Source of the DNA: Narcine bancroftii
Lineage: Eukaryota
Length of the DNA: 64,000 nucleotides
Direction of reading: 5' to 3'
Assembly: GCF_036971445.1 (NCBI RefSeq)
Contig: NC_091473.1
Location: 248,930,001 to 248,994,000 of the forward strand
Shown here: one piece after another, positions 48,485 to 60,364 of the stretch
Layout: each line of letters begins with the position of its first letter
How positions within the stretch are numbered: position 1 is the first letter of the stretch
The notes under the pieces: generated by a model
Database searches by the model: none
What the model was told of the DNA's origin: nothing
What the model saw: the letters and a program-made list of their open reading frames with translations, nothing else
Translations under genes and position numbers: made by a program

Positions 48485-49022
48485 GAGCAAGCGGCTAAAC
48501 TTTGTGAGGAGTTTGAGCAGATTCTGTACGCCACCTAAGACACTCAAAAATTTCTTCAGGTGTACCGTGGAGAACATTCTGGCTGGTTGCATCACTGCCT
48601 GGCATGGAGGTGCCAACACTCAGGAAAAGAAAAAAATCCAGAGGGTTGTTAACTCAGCCTGTGACATCACGAGCACCAGACTTCACTCCATCGAGGACAA
48701 GAGGTGATGCCGTAAGAAAGTAGCCTCTATCCTCAAGGATCCCCAGTACCCTAGCCACGCCCTCTTCACTCTGCTACCATCAGGGGAAAAAGTACAGGAG
48801 CCTAAAGATGAGCACTCTGCGGCACAAGGACAGCTTCTTCCCCGCTGCCATCAGATTCCTGAATGATCAATGAACCCCAGACACTGCCTTACTTTGACAT
48901 TTTATTTTTTCTTGCACTATTTTTATTTATTTTGTAAGATCGTTTATATGAATATTTGAACTATGATGCCGCTGCAAAGCAACAAATTTTGTAACTTGTT
49001 CATGATCACTTCTGATTTTGAT
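48485..49022 (+). mobile_element. Rex1/Babar LINE 3' fragment
   Basis: FFRCTVENILAGCITAWHG...IQRVVNSACDIT. Confidence 0.88.
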
Positions 49023-49084
49023 CATTGCCGCCCTTGCTTGATGCTAATTGATCTTCCTTTTCATTGCCATCCTATGCTCTCTAA

Positions 49085-49536
49085 CAAAGGTTCTCAACCT
49101 TTTTCTTTCCACCACTTTCAGTAATCCCTATACCATCGGTGCTCCGTGATGAGTAAGGGATTGCTTAAGCTGGGATGTGGGTGGGAAGGGAAGGTTGAGA
49201 ATCACTGATCTAGACCCAATTGTTACAGAAATATTTTGCTACCATATAGGCTTGATTTTAATATTTAAGTAAAAGTTGGATAGGTATATGGAGGAAAGGG
49301 GGAGTGGAAGGTTCTGGGCTGGGTGTGGGTCAATGGAACTAGGTGGGAGAAGGTGTGCGGCATGGACTAGAAGGGCCAAACTGGGTTTCTGTGCTGTAAT
49401 TGTCATATGGTTGAATATGGTCATATGGTTGACAAAAATTGTCATTGGTCTATTTTGTTTGGGGTTATGAAACCGTGGACATAATGAGTCAATTAGGTAT
49501 GATTAAAACAGTGGTTTTCAAACTTTTTCTTTCCAT
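49085..49536. mobile_element. hAT composite MITE, truncated, interrupted by a CR1 3' fragment (~49241-49430)
   Basis: Spacer atattttgct|tgacaaaaattgtcattgg is split by a CR1 tail ending in (atatggt)-type repeats. Confidence 0.8.
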
Positions 49537-49554
49537 CCAAGTGGAACTGTAATT

Positions 49555-49857
49555 AGAAACACAACATTGGAGAAACTCAGCAGGTCAAACCGTGTACTTT
49601 AGGTAGTAAAGATAAAGATACGTTTGCAAGTGCCAAAACAAAATGGTGGTGGGGGAGGAGCATGGTCCCAAAGGCAGGAGGTAATAGGTGGATAAGGGAC
49701 CCAGCATTTTATTCATAATTTGATGAAGGTCTCAGGCTTGAAACTTTGGTTCTGTATCTTTATCTTTGCTACATAAAGGACACGGTTTGACCAGTTGAGC
49801 TTCTCCAGTGTTGCGTTTTTACCTCAACCATAGTATCTGCAGACTTTCGTGTTTCAC
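49555..49857. mobile_element. Inverted pair of Penelope tails
   Basis: ggagaaactcagcaggtcaaaccgtg...aaagataaagatac inverted to gtatctttatcttt...cacggtttgaccagttgagcttctcc; hammerhead-like motif at 49720-49749. Confidence 0.8.
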
Positions 49858-50239
49858 TTGGAACTGTATGTAATCTGTTGATTCAGAATTTAGAGACAGA
49901 GAGGTGGGATAAGGGTTTATGCTCGACAATGGAACATGGTGTTCTCCAAGAATCTGAGCTGCATCCTCTGGCTGTCACTGTCAACATTAAGTTTTAGTGA
50001 AGACTTTAGAAGCTGCAAATCCAGGTTTAATATGTCATTCAATAAGGAGCAGGAGAGCGCCAGAGACCAAGAAAGCCGACACACACCTGTCCCATGTAAT
50101 CTGCAGAGATTACAAACATGCTCAATAACATGAAAAGATAAGAAATATGAGCAAGAACGTGCCATTTGAAAAAAAAAATTCCTTTCTGCTGTGGAAAATG
50201 AGTGACTTCACATTTGCCTACCGTCATATTTTTCCTTCC

Positions 50240-51250
50240 CATTTAGTCTCTGATGCCTTCCTGTCTGCTCAAGGCTGCTCAGTCTTTCATCAAGATCATA
50301 GCTAATCTATTAACTTGATGCTATTTTTCTGCCTTCCATATCCCTTGGTTCGCTCCATATCCAGAAATCTATCAATCTGATTGGAGCTTCCAGGATAGAA
50401 AATTCCAAAGATTCACCACGTTCTGCATGAAGAGACTCCTCCTCATCTCTGAAAGTGCTACCCTCTATTCTAAGACTGAGATTCGTTAGCCAGGAAGGAG
50501 GCATCCTCCCTACATTTACTCTGTTGAACCCTCTTCCAAGAGTGCAGAACACAGTCCCAATCCATTCAATAGCACATCAGGTGGCATTCCCACGATCCAT
50601 GGAACCAGGCTAAGAAATCTTTACTGCACTCTTTTTCTGGCAAGGATATGAGGAAAGCAAACTTAAAGTCCGATACATGTACTGGGTGAGGTGAAACGGT
50701 AAAAACACACTCAAGGGCTGGAGGAACTCAGCCAGTCTAACAACGTCCATAGGAAGTTATATTACCAATGCTTCTTCACATAATAAGCAAAGAAAAGGAA
50801 GGTGTCAGAGAGGAAAAAGTTACAAAGGGACTGAGACTAAGTGAGAGGGAAACTATGATGGACAGATTTTAATGTAGGCAAGTGTGAAGTCACTCATTTG
50901 TTATAGCAGAAAGGAAATAGCAGCAGGAAAGATGAAATGTGCTACATCAAAGTGATGAAATGTACAAAGTCACTAAAAACTAGTGCAGAAATAGAAAATA
51001 AAAATGTGGAATGGTTAATTGAAAGGGAACAGGGTTTAAAAATAAAAGTGTGATGCATACCTGGACACCCATGGAGTATTGCACGTTTGGAAATCTTTCT
51101 TACAGAGAAGATGTCTCCAAAAAAAACCATAGTTCAAAGACAATACTATGAGAGTGGGTGACATAACCTATTTTGCATTCTCCTGAGCGTAGAAGATTGA
51201 GAAGTGATCTGATAGATTTTAGCTGATGACAAAGGGATATTTTCTCTTTC
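50240..51250. mobile_element. Old CR1 fragments in both orientations, with a Penelope tail fragment at ~50700-50780
   Basis: FNVGKCEVTH, RRLRSDLI motifs on +; CR1 tail and ORF end on -. Confidence 0.55.
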
Positions 51251-52124
51251 TCCATGTGTCACTCTCTTTCTCACTAAATTCAATATACCAACATGCATCG
51301 TTTAACATCCACAATACATTCTGTGAAATAGGATGTTATGTGATTTGGATGTTGTGCAAACACCATATTATATACTAATGACAGGTGATTGGAAGTGGCA
51401 TGAGTGCCAGGGTAATTAAACCATTCCGTGACAGCAACATTTGATACTGTGTTAGTCCTGCATCAGAATAAATGTTGCAGCACATTTTCACCTGTTCAGC
51501 CACAGCTTCGAACATCCTTAATGTCGTATTGGAACATGGCACCTGGAGAAATGGACTCAGACCCATTTTCTGCAACCCTTCTACTGGATACCTGGAGATT
51601 TTCAGTCTGGTAGCAGCAGTTCTGTCAGTGTATGTGACAAGAAACATGTTGCAGTAATGACAAACAGTGGCTGTGACTGAGAGGATCACTGAGCAAATTG
51701 AGCAAGTTCATTTACAAGACATACATCCGCTATGTCCCGTTCTCTGATCGAGATTTCTGGACAGACGTATGTATATGCGGTTGTACGTTGTCCGAGCAGA
51801 TGTTAAGCGACACGACTGTAATCGATGCAGAAGAACTAATTAAATTGTCAGAGAAACCAGAAAAAAACAGATGATGCTGGAATTAGAGGTAGACTGATTG
51901 GATGAGGGTCAAGGAAGAAATGTTGGTGTATAATTGGAATTTGCTGTCTCAGAAGGTTGTGAACATTTAATCAAAAGATTTTAAGGCAAAGAGAGGTAAG
52001 GAGGTGAAGAGATATGGAGCAAAGATCAGTAAACGTCGATGTGGAGGTCAGCCATGAAATTCAGAATTGAAATGGGCTTGAGAGGCTGAATGGTGATGAC
52101 TTCTTTTTTGTAACATAGCGCCCA

Positions 52125-52875
52125 AGATGATTGTTGACCAGGAAGGGAAAACCGGAGGTAAATGATCCAGTTATTACTGGGGGATCAGAGGTGCAGAGGG
52201 TGAGCAATTTAAATTCCTGGGAGTCACTATCTCAGAGGACCTTTCCTGGTGCCAGCTCACTAATGGCATCATGAAGAAGGCATGTCAGAGCCACGACTTC
52301 ATCAGGAGTTTGCAGAAGTTTGATATGACCTCAGGAACCCTGGTCAATTTCTACAGACGTGTAGTGGAAAATGTGCTGACTAGCTGCATCATGGTCTGGT
52401 ATTGGGACACCAATATCTCTGAGCATAAAGCCCTCTAAAAGGTAGTAGAACATAGCCCAGGACATCACAGGCAAAGTCATTCCCCACCATCGTGAATCTA
52501 CAGGGATCACTGCTGTCAGAGAGCACCAGCAATCATCAAGGATCCACATCACCCAGCATGTGCAGCCATCAGGAAAGAGAAGTAGGTGTCACAAGACTCG
52601 CACCACAAGGTTCAGGAACAGCTGCTCCCCCTCCACCATCAGACTCCTCAATAACTCCTCATTTAAGGACTCTTACTTGTGGACTTTATTGATTTTTTTA
52701 AATTCTCTCTGTACGACACAGTCAGTCTGTTTGCATTTCTTCATCTGTTTACATTTCTTTATATGTTTACGTGTGTACAGTTTTTTTTTCGCATTAACAT
52801 TTATGTCTCGCCTGCAGAAAAAGAATTTCAGTTGTATATGATTTCATTTATGTACTTTGACAATAAATCTGATAT
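52125..52875 (+). mobile_element. Rex1/Babar LINE 3' fragment
   Basis: FKFLGVTISEDL...KTRTTRFRNSCSPSTIRLLN; tail gacaataaatctga. Confidence 0.9.
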
Positions 52876-53029
52876 ATGGAACTTTTACATTTCCAGATAC
52901 AAAGGGGACCAGGAACTTAAATATCAAACTTTCTATTTTGACTTGTTCATCATCTGCATCACATGCTTCCACATTCACTCCATTACAATCTTATATCACC
53001 CGTTGACCATTATACAACCAAACTGGTAA

Positions 53030-53186
53030 ATGCAAACAAAATCAGCCCAGTAACTGGCCATTTCAGCCCATGAGTCCATGCCACCCAATTTATACCCAAT
53101 TAACCTACAACCCCTGGAACATTTCCAACGGTGAGAGAAAACTAGAGTCCCCAGGGAAAGCACAGACATAGAGAGAATGTCCAAAC
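53030..53186 (-). mobile_element. tRNA-derived SINE 3' half
   Basis: Reverse complement of the SINE core and tail. Confidence 0.75.
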
Positions 53187-53957
53187 AGATAATGTAAACA
53201 GAGAGAATTTTAAAAAATCAATAAAGTGCACAAGTAAGAGTCCTTAAATGAGTTTGTTGTTGAGGAGTCTGATGGTGGAGGGGTAGCAGTTGTTCCTGAA
53301 CCTGCCTGAACCTTGTGGTGCGAGTCTTATGGCACCTACACCTCGTTCCTGATGGCAGCAGCGAGAACAAAGCGTGCACTGGGTGGTGTGGATCCTTAAT
53401 TGCTGCTGCTCTCTGACAGCAGCGTTCCCTGTAGATGTTGTCAATAGTGGGGATGGTTTTGCCTGTGATGTCTTGGGCTGTGTCCACTACCTTTTGGAGG
53501 GCCTTATGGTCAAGGGTATTGGTGTCCCCATACCAGACCATGATACAGCCGGTCAGCACACTTTCCATCACACATCTGTAGAAAATTGCCAAGGTTTCTG
53601 GCGTCATACCAAACCTCTGCAAACTAGGAAAGATCCTCCAAGAAAGTGACTCCCAAGGACCTAAATTTGCTCCCCCTCTCCACCTCTGATCACCATTGAG
53701 ATTGTGCACCTCTGGCTTTCCTTTCCTGAAGTCAACAATCAGCTCCTCAGTTTTGGTGACATTAAGTGCAAGGTTGCTGTTGGTACACCATTCAGTCAAG
53801 TTTTCAATCTCCATCCTGTTCGCTGACTCATCTCCTTCCTTTATACAACCCACTGCCGTGGTATCATCGGCAAATTTGTCGATGGTGTTATTGTAATACT
53901 GAGCCACAGTCGTAGGTGTAAAGTGAGTAGAGAAGGGGGTTCAAGGACACAGCCCTG
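53187..53957 (-). mobile_element. Rex1/Babar LINE fragment
   Basis: KFADDT (RT catalytic)...WCTNSNLALNVTKTEEL...FYRCVMESVLTGCIMVWYG. Confidence 0.92.
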
Positions 53958-54580
53958 ATCTTCACTGGAAATGTAGCTTGGATATTTTATGATTTCATTG
54001 GAGAGCAGATGGGAATTCCTTTTAATGCCTTACTTAAGCGATAACTCCGCCCTTCACATAACATTGGGTGTATCAGCCAGCCTTCTGACTAACGGCAAGA
54101 GTGTTAACATCTAAACAAATGTTAGTATTCCATTATCCATACTGTTGTAATTCAGCTAGTCCGATGTTTATCACATCTTTTATTAGATTATATTTTGAAT
54201 ATGAAAATGTTTTGAAGTGATCAGAGGCTGAAGAACCAATCCATGTAATGTGTGTTTTATGAAGATTGTGATAAAGATTGAAACAGAATTAAACATAAAA
54301 TAATCAATTCCCAAAACATGGAACATCACGGAAATCTGGAAGGGGATAAGAGGTGTGGAAAAGAGTGTTGGAAGGTTTTATCCTCGTTGCCTGGCCATGA
54401 TGATGGATTTTGATGTTTGGTACTCAGCGCAACCGACATCTTATTACCCATTAAATTGAGTTGATTATTATCACACAGAGAAAAGTTTTGTTTTACTTGC
54501 TATCCAGATAAGTCAGCTTACACAGCAGTTAGTGCGATAATGAACAAATAAATAAGGTGCAGGTAGTAATGTTGGAATAC

Positions 54581-54801
54581 CCAATCATATATAACCATAT
54601 AATCATATAACCATTTACGGAGCGGAAACAGGCCATGTTGGCCTTTCGAGTCTGCACCGGTTCACTGATTTTGTGCGCCCTCTTCAGGCATTGGTCCCGG
54701 TAGATCTTCATTCAATAACGATGGGCGAATTCAATGCAGGTGGAATCAGATAATAGCAAAACTATGAGCAAACAGATTGGCTGTCTGTAATCGTTCAGGG
54801 A
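54581..54801 (-). mobile_element. Chimeric short retroelement (unknown head, Rex fragment, CR1-type tail) inserted in an older LINE tail
   Basis: 54666-54706 matches Rex 16001-16041 on the minus strand; then gactcgaaaggccaacatggcctgtttccgctccgtaa and (ggttatat)-type tail repeats. Confidence 0.65.
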
Positions 54802-55554
54802 AGAGTGTTACAACAAAGGTGCTGGTGCAGAGAAATGTACCATTAAAAACAGTGCAAGAACATCAGTTTTTACCCGTGAGAGATCCGCTTAATAGTCTGA
54901 TAATGGTAGGGAAGAAAGAGCCCTGGTATCTCGAAGTTCATGCTTTCAAAGAAACTCATCTCTCTTCTGCCTGGCAGAAAGAAGGAGGAGATAGTATGAT
55001 TAGAGGTGGGATGGGTCCTTTAATATTTTGGCAGCTTTCCCAAGGCATTGATCAATACATTTCCCTTCATAGCAAAAATTAATAATAGATAGATGGAAGT
55101 TCAATGAACAGCACTTGTTGGGTTTATTGTCTTCTACAAGATCATTCATTTAAACCCAAAGGAAGATCCATTTCTAAAGTAGCTTACATTGACGATTGAA
55201 CTATTTACATTAATTGCTACTTGATAAATTAATGCCCTGTAAAATGTTAATTTAACTTATGTTTTTAATTATCTTCTGTTACAACTGAAGTTGGATTAAA
55301 TTTCAATGATAGGTTCAGGAAGCACAGCTGTCAAACAAAAAGGAAGAAATCAAAGCTAATTGCTGCACTGTACAGGACACCATATGTGGACCCTATTGTT
55401 AAGGAACACAGTTGAAGCGGCTGCACTAATACAACTTTGCCACCAGGAGCTGATTGAGCAATTGGTAGGGTGGTGAAAATTAGCAAACTGCTCCAGCACT
55501 GACACTCTGCAAAGTCCATTAGTCAAACAAGAGCACGCAAATATTTTACACAAA

Positions 55555-55715
55555 ATCGCTGGAGAAACTCAGCAAGTCATGTAGTGTTTTTTTTCATGCA
55601 GTAAGGATAAAGGTACATAACCAATGTTTCCGGCCTGAGTCCTTCATGAAGGTATGAGTAAACTGCAGGCAGACGCTTGAATAAAATGGTGGGTCAGAGG
55701 GGCAGGTGGAGAAGC
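55555..55715 (-). mobile_element. Penelope tail fragment
   Basis: Reverse complement ccttcatgaaggactcaggccggaaacattgg...ctgagtttctccagc. Confidence 0.7.
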
Positions 55716-56519
55716 AATATTTTCCTCAACATTAGTCTTTCATATTTCATGTTTTGGCCCCACATGATTTTCTCTCCTCCTTTCTGAAGGTGTTTCAGTA
55801 ACTCCACATTCCCAACATTCTGTTTCACCTGTATAAACTAATCAATCACCCCAAATCACCTCTGACTTCAATTACCCCATCACACCCCCATTTCTCCATC
55901 CAACATTGAGAGCAGGTCTTTTCAACCTCTAGAATCAATGTTCTCCTTCGTAAGCCTCTCTCGTTCTTCCTTTTGCTTCATAAAATTCCCTAACTTTAGA
56001 TCACTTCCAGTAATAGAATGTTACAACGCAGTAGTTGCCCATTGTGGCCACCATATCCATGACAATTTTCTAACACCAGCCTACGCACAATTCCCTTCCA
56101 CTGACCTTTAATGTCATCCTCTTTTGGTTTTTGACACGTGTAAGACAGTCTCAGCCACAGAGGCGGTCAAAATTTATTTGGGAAAGAATAGGCAATGCTC
56201 CTGTTTTACATCCTTTGTTTTGTCAGATGTTGTGACTTATGGGTGATGAGGAAGTTAACAAGGGTCAGGTGAAATCAGTCCGACAGCACCAACCCCGGTG
56301 AGATGCAGGAGAATGAATGACCAACTGCTGGTACCATCTCACCATGACAACTTGCAGTGAACGAAGGAAAAAAAAAGTCCCAAGTGCTTCACTATGCAAT
56401 AAGGAAAGAGCAAATAGTTGCTGCTTAGAAGAAGAAGAAATGAAAGATTTTAGTCCAAACAAATGAGATCCAAAAGTAGTTCCAGTTCTCAAAACCACTG
56501 TTAAGGAGTTATTTTTTTT

Positions 56520-56760
56520 TTAATTTAAATTTAGATATGCAGCACGGTAACAGGAGTCCGTGTCGCCCAATTGACACCCAACTAACCTACACCCCCAGTA
56601 TGTTTCAAATGGTGGGAGGAAACTGGAGACCCCGAGGGAAGCCCACAGACATAGGGAGAATGTAAAAACTCCTTACAGACAGTGCAGGATACGAACCCCA
56701 GACCCGATTACAGCTGCTGTAAAGGCATTTCACTTACCACTACACCAACCGTACTGCCCC
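56520..56760 (-). mobile_element. tRNA-derived SINE
   Basis: Reverse complement ggggcagtacggttggtgtagtggtaag...ggggttcgtatcc. Confidence 0.85.
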
Positions 56761-57314
56761 TATTTTTCAATATAAGAATTTACAATGTCATAATGCCCCA
56801 ATTGCTCTATTACTGATGAAGTACTTAAAATACAGTCATCATTATATTCTGATACAATGCAGCAAATAATTTGCCCTAAACCACTAAGGTTTAGAGCTCC
56901 TATTTCTTACATACCTGCTTCATATTTCAATCCCTGCCACATACAAATACAGGCAAGCAGTGTAAAAGAACAGAAAATCTATTTTAGTGATATTAATAAT
57001 AAAAACTCAGAAATGCTAGAGGAATTCAGCAGGTCTTGCAGGAGGTAAATGTACACAACCAACATTTTGGACCTGAGCCCTTCTTCAGTTTTTATATTCA
57101 GCATATCTTGGTTGAAATTAAATTGAGAAGTAAATAATTATCAGGACATTGGTAATTCATTTATTTGAAATAATGTTTCCCATCACCTTTGGACGTGCAG
57201 AGGTTTCTCAGTGAGAGGCTGGGAGTGCCATACTCCATTTAGTGCTCACGTACATGGAGTGGAAATTAAACCCTTAACCTAGCTCTCAGCATGAATTTTA
57301 ACAGCGTGTTCTTC

Positions 57315-57617
57315 TTCTGACCCTATCTCCAACTATGCAGCTCTTCCCCTCTGCCTCCTTTCCTCCAGCCCCCCACCCCTTCCCTCTCCATTCACAGAGC
57401 CATTTCTCCTCCTCCTCCTGCTGCCCTCCCTCCCTTGTCTACCTATTACCTCCTGCCTGTGGAACTGTGCTCCTCACCCCACCATTTTGTTCGGGCACTT
57501 GCCGACACTTTCTCATACCTTGATGAAGGGCTCAAGCCCAAAACATGGGTTCTGTATTTTTATCTTTGCTATATACAGGACACTCTTTGACCTGCTGTTT
57601 CTCCAGCATTGCTTTTA
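57315..57617 (+). mobile_element. Penelope 3' end, tail-to-tail with the next copy
   Basis: Pyrimidine-rich 3' region plus TTGATGAagggctcaagcccAAAA motif at 57520-57548. Confidence 0.8.
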
Positions 57618-57639
57618 CAGTAAAAACTGTATAATTTCA

Positions 57640-58868
57640 GAAAAGCTCAACAGGTCAAACAGTGTCCTGTATGTAGCAAAGGTAAAGATACTGAACCGAC
57701 ATTTCGGGCTTGAGCCCCTTCAACAAAATATGAGAAAATGCCGGCAAGTGTCTGAACAAGAGAGTGGGGCGGGGGGTGGTGACAAAGGCAGGAGATGATA
57801 GGTGGGGAAAGGAGGGAGGGGACAGCAGCAATGAGGGGGAGATGGGTGGGTGGGTAGAACTAGAAAGACAGGAAAGGGGAGGGGAAAGAAAAGGTGAGCA
57901 AGTTTAATGAAAAGCAGTAAAGTCAATGTTAATGCCATTTGGGAGGAGGGTGCCCAGGTGCAAAATAAGGTGTTGTTCCTCCAATCTGCAGGTGGTCAGG
58001 GTGGGATAGTACACAAGGCCATGGACAGACGTGAGCGTGGGAGTGTGACTCAGAAATGAAATGGTTGGCCACTGGAAGGTCTCTGTGGTTGCAAACAGAG
58101 AGGTGCTGACCAAAGTGATCTCCCAATCTGCCACTGTTCTCTCTGATGTAGAGAATGCCACAAAGGGAACACCGGATGCAGTACGTAAGTCCTCTGGAGG
58201 TACAAGTGAAGTGTTGCTTCACTTGAAAAGCCTGCTTGGGGCCCCAGACTGTGGTGAGGGGGGAGGTGTGGGTGCAGATGTTGCACCACCTGTGAGCACA
58301 GAGGAAGGTGCTGGGGTGTGATGGGTGGGGAGGGATGAGTGCATGAGGAAATTGTGGAAGGAGCAGTCCCTGCGGATGGTTGAGTGCGAAGGTGGTGGTG
58401 GGATCCTGTAGTAACTGCCAGAAATTCCAGCAGATAATGAGTTGGATGTAGAAGCTGGTGGGGTGTAGGTGAGAATGAGAGGGATTCTATGTTTGTGGTG
58501 TCTGGGGCCAGAAAGAACCAGGGCAGATGAGAGGAAGTAGAGGAGATGCAGGTGAGGGCAGAGTTGATAGTGGTGGAGGGGAAGCCACATTTGTGGAAGA
58601 AGGCAGATTTGGATTGGAAGACCTCATCTTGGGAACAGATGCAGTGGTGATAGAGAAATTGAGAGAAGGGGATGGAATCCTTTAGCAGGGGGAAAGACGT
58701 GAGGAAGTGTAGCCCAGGTAGTTGTGGGTGTTGGAAGGTTTGTACGATATATCGGTGGAAAGCTCATCTCCTGAGATGGCCACAGCAAGGGGAGAGTATT
58801 ATCGGAGATGGACCAGGTGAGTTTGAGATCAGGGTGGAAGTTGCCCACGGAGTGAAAAATCAATGAAA
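57640..58868 (-). mobile_element. Penelope-like element 3' half (GIY-YIG)
   Basis: NFHPDLKLTWSIS; KQHFTCTSRGLTYCIRCSLCGILYIRE..RLGDHFGQH; RLEEQHLILHLGTLLPNGINIDF. Confidence 0.9.
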
Positions 58869-59529
58869 GTTATAATAAGTGCATTGACGTAAACACTCTA
58901 CAAAGTATGCATGCACTGAAATTCTTTCTTACTCCAGCTGAACAGGTACTTCATGGAAAAGAGCACCGATACAATGCATTAAATTAAATGGAGGTAACTA
59001 ACACAAATAAATGTTCAGCATCATCAGTGAGGGGGAAAAAAATCATTGTCATCGTGGCGGTCTGAAACAACTCAGGCAGCCAGTCTGTCTTAATCCCTTA
59101 ATGCTTACAATAACAAAAAAATCCAACAATCCCATGATTGAATGTACTCGACTGAGAACCCATCAACCGCCGGGTGGAGGATTACAAAGATGTACACCCA
59201 CTTAAGTGAAGACATTTCTTCTCATCTCAATCTTAAAAGGTCTAGCCCTTCTCCAGAGACTCCAACCAGAGCTTCCAAACACTCCAGCCAGAGTGTTAAG
59301 TCATGTTCTGTTAAGTCATTGCTTTTTCAGAGAGCGAAATATAAACTGAAAATCCATTCAAAATTTGATATTCCAGGTCAGCTAATGTGCTACTTCACAG
59401 AGACCATTTTTTTTGGATCAATGACAAAATAAATAGTAATTCAACAATTATTTTTAAAAATACAGTGTATCAGGGAAAGGAGTCAGCCAGGAGAAGGGGG
59501 ATCTGGGGAAAGAGAAAGAATAAAGAGGA

Positions 59530-59760
59530 AAGGACAGTTAGCGCAACGCATCTACAGCACTAGCAATTGGGACCGGGGCTAAAATCCCACGCTGCCTGAA
59601 ATGAGTTTGTACGTCCTCCACATATTGGCGTGGGGTTTCCCCGAGGGCTCCAGTTTCCTCTCACCATTTGAAGCATTACAGGGGTGTAGGTTAAATTAGG
59701 TGGCACGGACTTGTGGGCTGAAATGGCCTATTTCCATGCTGTATAGCTAAATTTTTAAAA
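59530..59760 (+). mobile_element. tRNA-derived SINE
   Basis: SINE core and ggcacggacttgtgggctgaaatggcct tail. Confidence 0.8.
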
Positions 59761-60364
59761 ATTAAAGTTAGAGTGAATAAAGGACAAAAAGATTAAAATA
59801 TTACAATGCAGAAGTTGGGAGCAATACGAATTTTTTTTTAAAAAATTGATCTAATAACAGCAAATAATTGTTAATTTGCATTTAACAATGAGGCCAGTAA
59901 GGTTTACAATAAGGAGTACTAGAAAGACAATTTGGGCATAGAACAGAATATAAAATCAATAAAGTTCAATTTTTATGGTACTTCTTTTCAGTTTCCTGCT
60001 GCACATTGTAAATTATTTTAAAGCATCTGACTGCAGGATTTCTGTGGATAGTTGGGGTAGGTAGGAGCTAATTTGCTGGAGAACTAATGTGTCAAATTGA
60101 TTCAACTTCAGTCTGACCTTTTCTGATTCCAGTCTCCAATACGCTGAAGCTGCAGCACCAAGTTTGGAGGTGACATTTTGGGCAATTTCATACTTCCCTC
60201 ACCAGCCCCTCACTACTTTCATTGGTTACTTAGCACACTAATTCCTGTGATGATCACTTTCCCATACCCATTGGAAAGGAAGCAGGTTGCTAAGACTCAA
60301 ATCAGATGCTCCTTCATTGTCATTTGAATAATATTTTTTTAATCAATAAATGTTTTAAGACTCA

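Noticed and set aside
51656-51770. Selenocysteine read-through at the in-frame TGA before LRGSLSKLSK
   Set aside because: The same frame has further TAG and TGA stops just upstream, and no SECIS was recognised
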